From Antedon mediterranea (Eukaryota > Animalia > Echinodermata), in the NCBI RefSeq assembly GCF_964355755.1, contig NC_092670.1:20694795-20758794 (forward strand): DNA of 64,000 bases, read 5' to 3'. Both the position numbers and the translations under genes were made by a program. Position 1 is the stretch's first letter, and every line of letters begins with the position of its first letter. Under the pieces are notes generated by a model. That model was not told the DNA's origin. It saw nothing but the letters and a program-made list of their open reading frames with translations, and searched no databases. Below, piece after piece: positions 39,224 to 52,400 of this stretch.

Positions 39224-41739
39224 AGACTATATCGGATCCACTGGAAAAACAATGTTCTGCCATGAATATGGAATTAACAATTCATGTGCATTATATGTGT
39301 GCGTCGCATGATAATAAAACCAATACCACATGACTTGGAGACTGTATCACATGAAAAACCAGTGGCTGTTTCAGATTATCAGCTGGTTTATGTTTGATTG
39401 GTCAATTGCCATCACATGTCTAAATATGTTGTGTTGGTCTGAAGTACTTTCATTCAGAGCTTAGTTTAAGGGCAGTTGAGATAATGTGATATATTCCAGC
39501 ATTTGCTGGTGGTGGATGCCTTGTACAACCATTCTTGGTTGCAGATAGCTTGCTGTACGAGTGTCCACTTCAGAAATGTGTTCATTCACAACATTCTTCA
39601 GAAAGCAACTTTGTTTCGTGAGATAAGATGAAAATAAAATTGCATTAACATGCAGCGAGTGATTGCTACAGATATGGTACATGCAGTGAGATATGATTGT
39701 ACCACGGTTGGTACACCCTTCAAAGTGAAGAAACTAGAGCAGCACTCCAAAGCTCCCTAGCCTATTGAAAAAAACCATTTACAGCAGCTAAGGGGTTGCA
39801 ATGCTGTTGCAGAAGAATTTCCAAATCTGATATGAAGAGAACTCATTTTTTGTTGTTAAATATTTGAAGAGATTACCGAAAGCTAAACATGAACTTAATT
39901 TTTAATTTCAATTAACTTTTTGATGCATTACTGTTTGAGTAAATTTCACCGAAGTTGTTTAAAAAGCAGGACCCGACGTTTTATTAGCATTTTCGCAGCT
40001 ATGGGGCAGGTTCCCCCTTTTTCTGAGTAGAGCTAAAGTGAAGCAAAATTTTATATTGAAAAAAAAAAAGAAAATTCAAGACTGAATGTTTTAAACTGTA
40101 ATATAAAAACATTTTTTTTATTTGTTCATCAAGAATATAGTATGATATAATAAGTTATTTCAAACTGTTTTATTTGATTGCGACGATGCGATGTTTTAAC
40201 CGTAGTCACTTTCTGTTGTTGGGTAACAACATTTTGACCTGTGGAGTCTAGATGACCTAATGTTTTTTTGGTGCATATCTGCATAATTGATACTCGTAAA
40301 TAAGTTTGAGACGGTCAAATTATGCCGGAAAGAAAAACCATTCAACAAGAAATTCAATCTAAACACTCTGATGAATTAGTTATAAGGATAAAATATTTTT
40401 AATGTCTTTAGTTTTATGTAAATAATTTAGTGATGATGAAAAAAATATGATATCTAAATATTAATATAAGAACCATTATAAGACTCAGGTGTAGTGTTGT
40501 ATATTATTTTACACTGGTAATGAATTTCGTACATATTTTAAAAGTTGTTTAGACAATTAAATGTACAGCAGTTATGTTGAGCTGTAATAGCCTTCCATGG
40601 TTGTATATAAAGCTATAAAAATCTTTTGCAGTAACTGAGCCGGTAATGTCAGTAGAATAACTTTAGCATATTACCTTAACCAATGGAGTTAATTCTAACA
40701 AGTTTTGTTGGTTTCTAAGTTCAAACTAACAAATTTAATATGACCAATAATGGTGCCTAGATTTTCCAAAATAGCACTCTAACTCTGAGGGGATTATTTT
40801 AATAACAGACATTATAGGTGCATTTTGGGTTCTTTTTCCCCACTTGTTTTGTAGCCTATTTACATTTGAAAAAGTAACGGTACAGATTTTAAACTTACTG
40901 TAGATAATAATTATTTCCGATAAGTAATTAAAATTAATTTTTATCTTACTGTACATTGCTCTCTTAATATTTAACATTTAAGAAATGGGTATTATTAATT
41001 CTAGTATATTATTATATGGTACAATTTCAACTTCCTTTAATACTGTATTAATAATCAATGGCATGCCGCAATTTTTACAACATTAGTGTTACAGTTTTAA
41101 TATAAATTAAAAACATTAAAATTATAATAAGTATAGAAAACTTTTTATTTATATATTATACAGAGAAAAACAATGTAAACATTTTAATTTGCGTTATTTG
41201 TAAGGAAACACCAAAATATATTAGAATTTATACATGGTCGCATTCAACAAATTGAGCTATGAACTCTGACCTTCCAAAATGGCTTCCTTATTATGTCATA
41301 TGCCCACCATGAACTAATGTACAATAGCACAGCACTACATAAATAATGGTACAAAAAAAAGAGAATTTGAATTATTTTGAATAAATATTACACTGACAAT
41401 TGTAATTCATAAAGTTTGTATTTTATTAAGTAGGTTTTATATACATTAACATTTTCACTACACCTAGTATCTTTGAAATCCAGAGTTTTTCAGTTTAAAC
41501 TTTAATTCATGACTCCTAACGTAGCATCTTTTAAAGATACTTGACCATCATTAATACTGTATTTATTTTCTGTTTCATTATGTGCATGGTATAGAAACAA
41601 ATTGTACTTCATCTCCAATACTCCCAAGTATTTTATGATTGAGTAGAATATAAAAATGCTGGCTGGAGTAAGCCATCCAAATTACTGCTTTTTTAGATGC
41701 AATTCTGATAGAATGTCGTTCTGGTAGTTATTGCACCTT

Positions 41740-44252
41740 TCATACTCTCTCAGCAACCCAGACAGCCACCCTGCAGCCAGCCTTTATAGCCTCAGTTAAT
41801 CCTAGATAAAGGGGTGCCTAAAAAAATAACATAAACGTACGAAACTAAATTAAGATTCGTTAAATAATGTCTAAGCTAACATTATTCTTGCACATAAATT
41901 ATATACAACATTTTTTCATTCATAATCATAATACTGTATCCCATTTGCATTTATCTTTAATTCTGTTTCTTTAGCTTATTGCCAATTTCAGTATGGTTAT
42001 TGCATTTTTTAAATCATTTCAATTTAAAGAGTGAGTGGCCAAGCAGTTAAGACAGTGGAACCGTAATCCATAGCCATAACATCGGGCAGGGGTTCGAGGC
42101 ACACTCGCTCCATGGTTCTGGTGGTAGGGGCTATAAACAGTAGGTCCAGTGTATGCATATTGCTCGTGTGCACTTTAAAGAACCTAGTACATCTTTCGAG
42201 ACGAGTAGGGGGTTACCCCAGTGTACTAGTTCACACACTGTCGTGGACAGGCGTAATGGTGCCGTAGTTGGCTGCTGATGACACAATGTGACCCTTAGGG
42301 GAGTCCACAGCACTTGATTTTCATTTGAACCCAGTACACTTCTCAACATCTTCGCTCCCAGCTTCTACAAGTCACCAAAGGTCACTCACCTTCTCAGCAT
42401 CGTGCTCCAGTCCAGTGTCATGGTGATGCTGTTCATCGTCTCGGAACTTTTTTAATATTTTGAGCAACTCTTCATGCTTCTCAGGGTCATCTTCTAATAG
42501 TTGTCGTATTTGACTTGGAAAAACAATACAATTTTAAATATTTTACTTTCATTTGAAAAACTATGATTTCTTTAACTGTACACCATCTGTTTGTTGGATT
42601 ATTGTAATATTTATTTTAGCGAGAGAGTAGCATCGCCAAGGGTTCAACGCTCACTTGCTCCATTGTTCTGGTGGTATAACGAGTCTTCTCGGATAAGGAC
42701 TATAAACCGTAGGTCCAGTGTACACATCTAGCTCATGTGCACTTTCAAGATAAGTAGGGGGTTACTAGTACACACACAGCCACTGTAACAAACTCATAGT
42801 ACTATACCCTGGGCCCTCTGGGAGAAAAGTCTTTGACTGAAGAGGTTGCCCAGTTGATTATTTCCTCCTTGTTTTCATGATACAGCTCATCATCTTTGGT
42901 TTTACAATTCAGGCTTTTGTTTTATGGCAACCTAAAACTTATATAAATTATGCATTACGTCATTTGTCAAAGTTATTGTCTGCAAATCGAAAGGTTCTTA
43001 TTTATTTCCTTACTCCATATTAAGACTTACTCATTGTAATGTTCACCAATAACAGATTCTACAGCTACAGTGCAGGCCATAGCGCCCTCTTTGCCCAGTA
43101 GTGCACTCCCGGCTCCTTTAAAAATAACATTGTACCATATTATTATATGGTAGCTATTGAACCATAGGTACATAAGAATACAATGCCAGTGGTCGTATTC
43201 ACCAATCACACTTAAGTGAGATATTTCCCTTAAATATTAAGTATTTCACTTAACTCAATAAATATTTAAATATTTCCCATAAATTGTATTAACTTAATTT
43301 TAAGGCCACTTAAATATGGCCACTGGAATTTAGTTTCTGTAGTGAAAAGTGGAGCAGTCTATCTGCATAACATAAGTTACCCATAGAAACTTTATTGAAG
43401 CCAAATCCGCTAAAGTAAAAATCACAGTACCTAATGAAAAAGCTGCAACATTCCAAAATGGCAGTAGGGCTGTTGGTCGCACTCGATACTCTGGCATCAG
43501 TTTCTCAAAAGTTTCTAAATGTTCTTTCTCCTGATCCCACATTTCCTAAAACAAGAAATTAATTTGGGTGTGATAAATTGTTCGGTGTCGGTTTCCTGTA
43601 CCGTCATGAATATTTGTTACCCCTACATTGATGTACATATACCAACAAGGTGATGCATGATATTCTGTTGGATTGAAGTTACAGAACTGAAAAGGGTAAG
43701 TTTGCTTTAACTTTTTTATATTTTTGTACTTCTTTGGAAAACAATGGGCATGAACCCGGGTTCTGATCGGTTGGTTAAAAAACCCTTGTATGTATTTTCG
43801 CACTGCGGTAATAGTTATCAACTTGTCATTCAGCTGGTTGGTTAAGGGGTTGGTTGTGGATTTGACTACCGGATGACGTTTTTTGTCTTTCCTCACCATG
43901 TCGTTTACTCATCATTGCCTAAGGGGATATTTTTTTTGGGGGGGGGGGGGGGTGGTTAAGCTATCATGGGATTTTTACGCAAGTGAGGACCAAACACAAT
44001 GCAATGAGTGTTCATTATGTATGTCATCTCCTCTACCTTTATAACAGGTCCAACATCTGTATTGCCCAGGACTGCCATTTGTCCTGCATATATTCGATCG
44101 GCACCAAGTTCTCCAGCATGGTCAACTCGTATTATACGTGATATTAGCTGGTCTGTGGTTAATCCTGCGGAAGAGGAAGCTTGACGAAAGGCAATGGCGG
44201 CTATTTGAGATCGGATCAGCTTACTGGTTACTACTTTTGGAAGGCGATTCAT
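41740..44252 (-). CDS. COQ7: COQ7/clk-1, mitochondrial 5-demethoxyubiquinone hydroxylase, 205 aa, 5 coding exons
   Basis: Exons 44252-44037, 43545-43431, 43115-43031, 42513-42390, 41817-41740 (618 nt, in phase). Motifs [67 protein letters not shown]; di-iron ligands (E, ExxH, E, ExxH) intact. Basic N-terminus resembles a mitochondrial presequence. Probable 5' UTR intron with acceptor before 44272 and donor near 44541. Confidence 0.97.
42029..42330 (+). mobile_element. tRNA-derived SINE with Deu/Nin-like core (in a COQ7 intron, antisense)
   Basis: A box TGGCCAAGCAG (42036), B box GGTTCGAGGC (42091), core CTATAAACAGTAGGTCC...TTAAAGAACCTAGTACATCTTTCGAGACGAGTAGGGGGTTACCCCAGTGTACTAG. Confidence 0.75.
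42618..42860 (+). mobile_element. Second copy of the same SINE family (in a COQ7 intron)
   Basis: GGGTTCAACGCTCACTTGCTCCATTGTTCTGGTGGT...TCTCGGATAAGGACTATAAACCGTAGGTCCAGTGT, homologous to 42090-42240. Confidence 0.75.
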
Positions 44253-44649
44253 ATCTTTTATATTTTCAAAACCTAGAAAATGTATGAAATATTATAACAT
44301 TTAATAATATTAATAAACCTTTGTATTATCATCTACACACAAGTTACAATGAGTTACTACTGCTAGGCCTACGCCCTCCACTGCCTAGCTAACCAGTATA
44401 CTAGCCTAGGCTAGTAGTACGGACAGTATTCACAGAGGCCTTCTAAATAGGCTGGCCTAGGCTAGGCCTGGCCCTACTAGGTAGGAGTAGTAGTAGGCCT
44501 AGAGGCCCTAGCTAGGCCTAAATAATAATAAATACTATTACCGAATTATTAAAGAGTTTTCTTCATTCGAATGAAAGTTGAATAACATTAGAAAAGTATA
44601 AATGTATACACCATATTAATTATTAAAACTCTAAACTAAATTTTATTTT

Positions 44650-44760
44650 TGATGGGCGCAGACATCTTTTTTATTCATTAGAGAGGGCGCTATATAAATC
44701 TAACATGGCTGCTTTCATGGGCGCAGCCATCTTGAATAATATTAGAGGGCGCTATACATC
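44650..44760. promoter_or_regulatory. Candidate shared promoter between divergent COQ7 and membrane-protein genes
   Basis: Duplicated module ATGGGCGCAG(A/C)CATCTT...ATTAGA(GA)GGGCGCTATA. It contains YY1-like AAGATGGCTGCG (minus) and AACATGGCTGC (plus), CTCF-like AGAGGGCGCTA twice, and TATATAAA at 44691. Confidence 0.45.
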
Positions 44761-46651
44761 ATAGCATAACCATAATGTATTGCTCTGCCATTTGCTGCAG
44801 CTACACTGAATGCAATTTTTAGCGTTCTTTTTAAAATATATATTTTAGTTCTTTATTAATTAAATTAATATTCTTTAATTTGAAGTAATTTTGAAATAAT
44901 TTGATTGGTCGATTGTTTACAAAAGACAATTATGAATCATACATCTACTTATATTTTCTCTATCACACAATAGCTGTATCTCAATGTACACTGCTCCGCT
45001 AAACCCACGCGGTTATTTGGCAAGGGTATAGTCACGCCTGAATTAGTAACTTGTTTGAATGAATAGAACGTATTGTTTCTATACAACTCTACAATATGGA
45101 TTCATTGTTTGAATATAAAGTGAATTCACCTCTTTTTAAACACTCGGCGTACGACAAAAACCTAGTCACATTCAACCTGTAGTCTGTGGATTGGAGGTAC
45201 CACCGGTACACCCAAAAAAGCTGAGAATTAAGAGGCAACTTCGGAATAGGTAAGACAAAATACAATTTTCAGTAATCAAGCAAATTATTAAGGAACTTTT
45301 AAAAACATTAAAAGGACAAGTTATTAAATTTCAAATAAAGAGTTCAATTAGGTCACAATTCACTTTTTTTCCTAATAGACGTGACCTCAATTACATATTT
45401 AGTTACTGTATTTTTTTGTCACGTAATTAATTTGAACAACGGTTCTAATCTAGTTTCAAATGTGTATATATTCACCGTTACGTTGAGAATATTATATTTT
45501 GCTGGCCATATTTTTTTTGGTAATTATACAAAACCGTTCGTTTTTGCCTTTTTATTTTTGTTTCTTTACATTCGTTGTACTTTATTATATTCACCATTAC
45601 GTACAAATTATTCAACTAAATTTTGCTGGCCAAAACTTAATACGTAACTATATAAAAATCCATTCGTTTTTGCATTTTTATTTTCGTTTCTTTACATTCG
45701 TTGTACTTTCTCATAGGCAAATACAATAGACCTTATTTTCGCTTTCACTTTAAATCTTACGTAATAAAAAAAACTAAATAAAACGAATATAGAAATACAC
45801 ATTTTAAATCCAAGGTATTCAAAATACCCCCGGCTTATTCATCCATTAATATAGTATGTAACCATCGATGCGTTGAACTTTCGTAATAGTTGGTCGTCGT
45901 GGTATATTGTTTCACAACAATTCAAAAAAAATATCAATATATAAATTCCATAACTATAGTGGCATAAAAAGGACCAACAAAAAGAAATTAAGAAACATTT
46001 TTAAATATCTCTTTTAAAAATTCCACCTTACCATTTAAGAAATGTGTTTCTCGGTTTCTTTTTCTTTGTATTGTCATTTGTTTGCATCATTTCTAAAATT
46101 ATAACCTTTGTTTCACATTAAAAAATATTTTAATTATCCTTTTCCTTCCCATTTAAAAACTCCATACTATCAAATAAAGCCAATTTAACATTGCCATTTG
46201 CAATGTGATGTATTTTTTTGCTTTGTTGTTTTATTGTCTTAATTATGCCAAGCAAAACCAATTATAAAGTGGACCAAAACCATTTCTTGAATTTCATTGA
46301 GTCTTGTATAATAATTCTATAAAGCATCCATTTAAAACAATTTAAACATGTATTTTGGTTTTAGCACAACAAAACAAAGAACCATTGTTTTTATTATTGC
46401 CTAATGATGCCTTTTGTTATAGAAATCATTACAACTTGTCTGGACAATGTTTTGTGATTAAAAAAAACCCAACATATGCATCTCTGTATTTAGAGTTTAC
46501 GTAGACATAATGCCCACTAATGTTTGCTAGTGTACACTTGCAAAGTCTGTCAACTACTAACTAACTACACTATCAAACGTTGAAAAACTTTTCCTGTCAA
46601 AAACTGAGTTTCAAACAAGTTTGCCATGGAGTGTAGAATAGGGTTTGCTCA

Positions 46652-46992
46652 GAACTTACTTAAGTTTACAAATTAAAGTGTGCTAAAGTAGACTAGACTA
46701 GGACCAAAATAGTTTCTTTGAACTCAGTCTTATTCAATGAGACACCATCTCTGAATTGTCATCATGAACATCTTCTGATTATTAAAACATTTATTTTACT
46801 TGCAGATTTGACAATTACTTAACTTACTTAAGTTTACAAATTAAAGTTTGCTAATGTAGACTAGACTAGGACCAAAATAGTTTCTTTGAACTCAGTCTTA
46901 TTCAATGAGACACCATCTCTGAATTGTCATCATGAACGTCTTCTGATTATTAAAACATTTATTTTTATTTTACTTGCAGATTTGGCAATTGT
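46652..46992. repeat. Tandem duplication of about 170 bp that includes a 3' splice site
   Basis: AACTTACTTAAGTTTACAAATT...TTACTTGCAGATTTG(A/G)CAATT occurs twice; the second copy supplies the acceptor of the ATG-containing exon. Confidence 0.9.
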
Positions 46993-46997
46993 TGAAG

Positions 46998-48231
46998 ATG
47001 TCTTTTACAAAGACATGTTTGTACTTCTTGACTACCGTGCTGATGGCACTTCTTGCACTAGCAGCAGGTGCCATTGCTGTACTGGCGTCATTGGAAACAG
47101 GAATTGGTGAGTCTTTCTTATGAGAACATTTGGTAATAAGAATCACAAAAACAGTTTCCAGTCTTAAACTTGCTTCACATTTCAACAAAAATCTATTTTA
47201 CAGATCTCGAACTATTCGACAACACAACCGAGGACCTTCTTAATTATTACGCAATAGAAGCAACACCTCCAATCGAATGGATATACATCATATGGGGATT
47301 AGTGTTTGTCTTTGAGATTCTATGGATACCATACGCCTTGACCACAATCTGTCGTTCAAATGAAGATGGCCGTATCTTCTCCGTCATTCCCAATCTTCCA
47401 CCAGGTTTAACCTTGTTGTACAGTGTCAACAAGGTCTTGCTAGTTGGATGGTTCTTTCTGTTTGACATGGGTTACATCTCTTATTCTTGTTTGGTGATGT
47501 TCTTCGTGACGGTGACTGGTGGGCTCTGTCTCTGGATCTCATATAAGCGAGTGGGAGAGTACGATAACCTCTCATACATGGAAGGAAACCTTATGTAAGT
47601 ACAGTTTCTATTTCAAGTTTCTAAAATACGTCCATATGGATGATGGATGTGACAAATAGAAATTTACAAGCGTTTTGCCGTTTGGCACATGGTAGTTCTG
47701 TAGGCTTTTTAAAAATGATTAAGAACAAAACTTCTGTAGCAAATCGTCCCATTAGTAGTCCTATAGTATTTGACAACATGTTAACTGACTTCTATGTTCT
47801 TCTACAGGTGTGACTTAGTTGCCAGTCGTCTTTTGGTTCAGAACGGCATTGCCATGTACACCACGTGGACGTTCATCTGGACACTTTTTAATGGTGCCAT
47901 CGCCCTGACCTACGAAGATGCCACGGAACTAGATGATTCTCTTACATCGACAATTATGTACGCAGTCATCATTCTAGTCCTCACTATCTATTTTGTATTG
48001 GACATTTCAGTGTTTGAGAAGTATTTCCGCTACACGTTCACGCCTTACTTGGTTGTGGCAGCCATTAGCCTCGGTAGCTTGGATTTTAACTATGATTTTG
48101 AATTTGATTACGAAATCAAAGACACCGCCGCGCAGATTTTCGAAATGGCGGCCCTTGGTGCTGGTGTTTTATTGTTCTTTTGTAAAGTTATTCGCACTTG
48201 CCAGCGCGTGTGTTGTTGTTCCTCATCCTAG
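46998..48231 (+). CDS. Uncharacterised multi-pass membrane protein, 307 aa, 3 coding exons
   Basis: Exons 46998-47106, 47204-47594, 47808-48231 (924 nt, in phase); about 7-8 hydrophobic segments. Motifs TPPIEWIYIIWG and LLVQNGIAMYTTW recall a family of Trp-rich, TspO-like uncharacterised proteins of invertebrates and fish (from recollection). Probable non-coding first exon with donor AG|GTAAGA at about 45249. Confidence 0.85.
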
Positions 48232-49479
48232 AATCTACTAACATTTACTTGTATGTATTCATCATAATCAATTCCAATTGTACTAACTAGTCCTCATTAT
48301 TTATTTTTGTATTAAGTAGAATAGAAACATGGCATACCATTATTCTTATTATGTATGCTTATGTATAACATTTTAGATTATCACGTGTTTATCCTACTTA
48401 AGCAATTTACAGCAATTAGTGTCATACTGCTTTATTGCCCACTAAATTGTCTATTTGTTGAATAAGCCATTTTAATGTCAGATAATTACTTTATTCACGA
48501 AATAAAATGATTTTGCCCAATAATCCGTAATATATTTTTGTATAGCGTTCGAAATAAATAACTGTATTAAAACGATTTAAAGTTTTGATTTTATTCACCT
48601 TTGTTTTCATGTTTTTGGGGAATATAAAGTTCATCTTTAATAAACACATACTACATTTTCGGCGCCAACATTTTAAGGAAGATGGAAACATGATACAGTA
48701 TAGCTTATCATTATGTTCTTAAAAACTGGCGTTTTAAATAAACAAAAGTACTGTAAAACAAAACGAAAAAAGAAACAGGATTTAAAGCAAGAATCGCTAG
48801 GTTTAGTTATGATTAAATAACAAAGAATGGCGTAAGTTGCTGAATGTTAGGCGGCTATGCCTACCACAAGGTGCCTTTCAAACCTTAATGTACACTGTAT
48901 TTTTGGAAGAGAGAATGATAAATTAATAATGTTGCAGCTACAGTATCTGCCCTAACTCATTGATATTTCATTTAAAATAAAGAAATATCTGTTTGTATGT
49001 TTGTTTGGTCTATAGAAGTAGAATAGTATACACATTATCATTACATAAACTGCAGAAATTGTATTTAGAGAAAATTAAATGTGTAATAATAATACTTTAT
49101 TGGTTACACTCTTTGATCATAACGAATGATTGTACAATATAAATGTCACTACCATTTATTGTATTCATTCATGCGTATTGGTTCCGTACTAAAGAGTAAC
49201 CCTGATTCAACAATACGGAATTTTTGGCGTTGTATTCCATTTTACAGATGACCGCTCTTTTTGAAAAGCATTGGTATCGCAATAATACGCCCTTTGTGCA
49301 AGGAATCAACTAGTTCACATGACGTTCTAGCTTCATGGCTGCGTAGGCCTAGACATTTTATGTTTTTGACAGTTAATTTGGACTGTAATACGTGTATTGT
49401 GTGTATGATGAAGTACGATTGTTAGTCGTGTAGCTTATCGTCGTTTTGTACATAGATAGGATTCAATGAAAGATCAACA

Positions 49480-52400
49480 ATGATGTCGTCTGTCAACATG
49501 GTTAGGTCTACCATATTGATATCAATATATATTTGTTGTTTGGCAAGCAGTCAACAGGTAAGATACTACGACAATTAGAAAATTAGAGTAAGATATATGC
49601 CTACAGTAAATGTACTGTATTTTGCAGTGAGTTATCGGTACACACCGCGATCTAATAGAGTATCAATTTTATTTATAATATAAGCGATATTGCCTTCGTT
49701 ATCTTTACTTGCTATTTCTGTGATGGTATAGTTTGCTTTTTACTGTATATTCTAACAGCAACGAATGTTAAGTAATAGCCAAGCCTTTCTGTTATTGAAT
49801 GAATAAATTATAAAATCATCCATTTATTTCCTCTATTATGACTATTGTTGGGATTGCGTAAGTTTCCATACGGTTTGTCAAAAGTTCGTTCCAGACGCGT
49901 TTACCGTTTAAAGCGCGTTTACAAGTAAACGCATTCACAAACATTAGTAATCTGTTCATACGTCCATGAAACAGTACCGTCGTTTTTCTATGCATACTGG
50001 ATAAACAAAGTTTGATTCAAAATATAGTTTTTCTTTCGAGTTTTCATTGAATCTTGTGATACAGATAAAAATGCCAAATCTTATTGTATTTTACAGTATT
50101 GTAGGAGTAGGCCTACGGTAACTTAAATATGAAAAACTCACTCACATTCATTCATTCGAAACATTCCAATATTAGATATGTACCATTCGACTGAAAGTAA
50201 AAAGATGAAGAAATATTTCAGGGATTGAAATTAGGAATGGAAAACCTGTCTCATAACAATCTCTAAACGTTGTTAACAAGTAGGCTATTTAAAACTATTT
50301 TTTTTAGATATCAAGAGACAGTGCTTGTGACTTGAGTGCTGATAGAGAGACCATTGTTCAACCAACGACGGTTGAATACAGATATGCCTTTTCTGCGAAA
50401 ACAATTTCACCGAAGATACTCTATGCCGATGTTGTTGACCAATTCACCATGTATGCAGATATGTTCAATGAAGAAGTAAGTTGTGATGACTGATAGAGTT
50501 CATTCAACAATAACAATTATTATTACGTTTTTTAACTCATGACTCTTCTCAAAAGGAATCACTTAGATTAAATACCCCGCTTAGTTTAGATTAGATAAGG
50601 GATATTTGCCCCTCAATTTAAAGAATGATGACAATTCATATTTTGTTTTTTTTTTAGGTTCGAGAAAAGTTGACAGAGGAATATGCATCGCTAGGTGCGT
50701 CTGATGTTACAGCAATTCGGTTTCTCCAATCAGATCATTCTGAATTCGCCTCTGTCGATTTTGTTGTTAGCTGTGAGAATAATGTCACTCATGACGTCAT
50801 CACAGCATCTGTGAGAAACGTTGCGACAAATACAGATTATATCGATCTAGCGAGTTTGGAAGTTTATAAGAATGGTAGGAGGATATTGTTACTAAAACTG
50901 TATTACAATTTAAACATCAGCAGCCAGTCCAAAATATTTATTTCTGGCAGATACAAAGTCGTAGAAGCCATTTTTTTAAATTAAGAAAAACAAAAAATAG
51001 AAAAACACAAGCATATACTTATTACTAATTCCACTTCCGTTTTTACTAATTAGCTAAAACTTTGTTTTTAGTAATTTATTGCTTGCGTCAAGAATTTAAA
51101 ACCAAGGTTGGAACCTTTACCTGGCCGATCACTCTTGCTGGAACGACCGTTTTTACTGAAGAATCTTGCTCTACGGAATCAGTAAATGGTAAGAGAATAA
51201 ACCTTTCACAAAAAGAAAATGAAAGGTGCTTCAAAATCCTCGAAGACACACCCCTCCTAAAATGGAATATTTGTTGTAATATCTATTTCAGGTGGTAAAG
51301 ACAAATTGGCTGTGAGGAAGTGTCTGGATTCAATCAGTGGTGCATATTGGGATAGCTTCAAGTGTACAGACTGTGGAGGACCGTCTGCTAGTTATCTGCT
51401 ACAGCAACTGTATGAAGTAAGTACTTCTTCCTATGAAATAACTATTACTTCAATCACAATTGCCTGCAAAATCAGTCCATAAAGATTTTATTCCAGAGTG
51501 GAAGTACTTTAAAAATGTTAACTTCAGACATAAAAATAAACTAGAAGATTCATCAATTTAAAGTGAATGCACATACATTACTATAGCTTTTGATCTAAGT
51601 TAATAGTTGATAAATGAGGAGTTGGAAAATAAATTTGCTTGGTTAGCAACATCATCGATGTTTTTGCTTCTGTTATATTATTAGTCGCTACCAAATGGAG
51701 ACAGCGTTGAAGAACTTATAAGAGAAGTTGCGAATATAACTGAAAGAACATATAGTATTCGAGTTGATGGCATAGATGCCGCTGTAAAGATCATCGAGTA
51801 CATTGTAGAGGAGACACCGGCTTCCTCAATAACCACCGAAGTAAGTAGGAATAGATAACGTACATAATTAAGTATAAGTTGTAGTTGTAGTGTTTTACAA
51901 AGAGTGTTTTGTAAAAATCATGGCGTACATTGTAGAGGAGACACCGACACCGGCTTCTTCAATAACCACCGAAGTAAGTAAGAATAGATAACTTACGTTG
52001 TAGTGTTTTATAAAGATACAGAAGTGACGTTTTTCAACCGTTTCCATTTTAATCGGGTACTTACTTCATAATCGGTGTTTGGATTGTTTTTAGATTGCCG
52101 ATACACTTGTACGTGTAGTGCACAATATACAACTCTTGCCATCGAAAACAATTGCAGAAGCACAAGGCAGGTTTTCTACGTCATCTCGACTCCTCAGAGC
52201 TCTCCACAATGTACTTACATCGATGGAACTCACTCCTAATGTACAGTTTACGTCTCTCCAAGACTCTATTATTGTCTTTGCTGATGAGCAAGAGAACTCC
52301 GGGCAGGCGTCATCAACCTGGGCCCAGTTTGGAGTTCTTGATTCTCCCTCCTCAGACTCTATTACAGCCGGAGGTTTGAAATTAAATTTAAATGAGGCAA

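Noticed and set aside
42029-42110. Possible tRNA gene
   Set aside because: A and B boxes are present but there is no complete cloverleaf, and it continues into a SINE body with a second copy nearby.
45096-45182. 28-aa upstream ORF (MDSLFEYK...) before the membrane-protein gene
   Set aside because: The transcription start is unknown and an ORF of this length is expected by chance.
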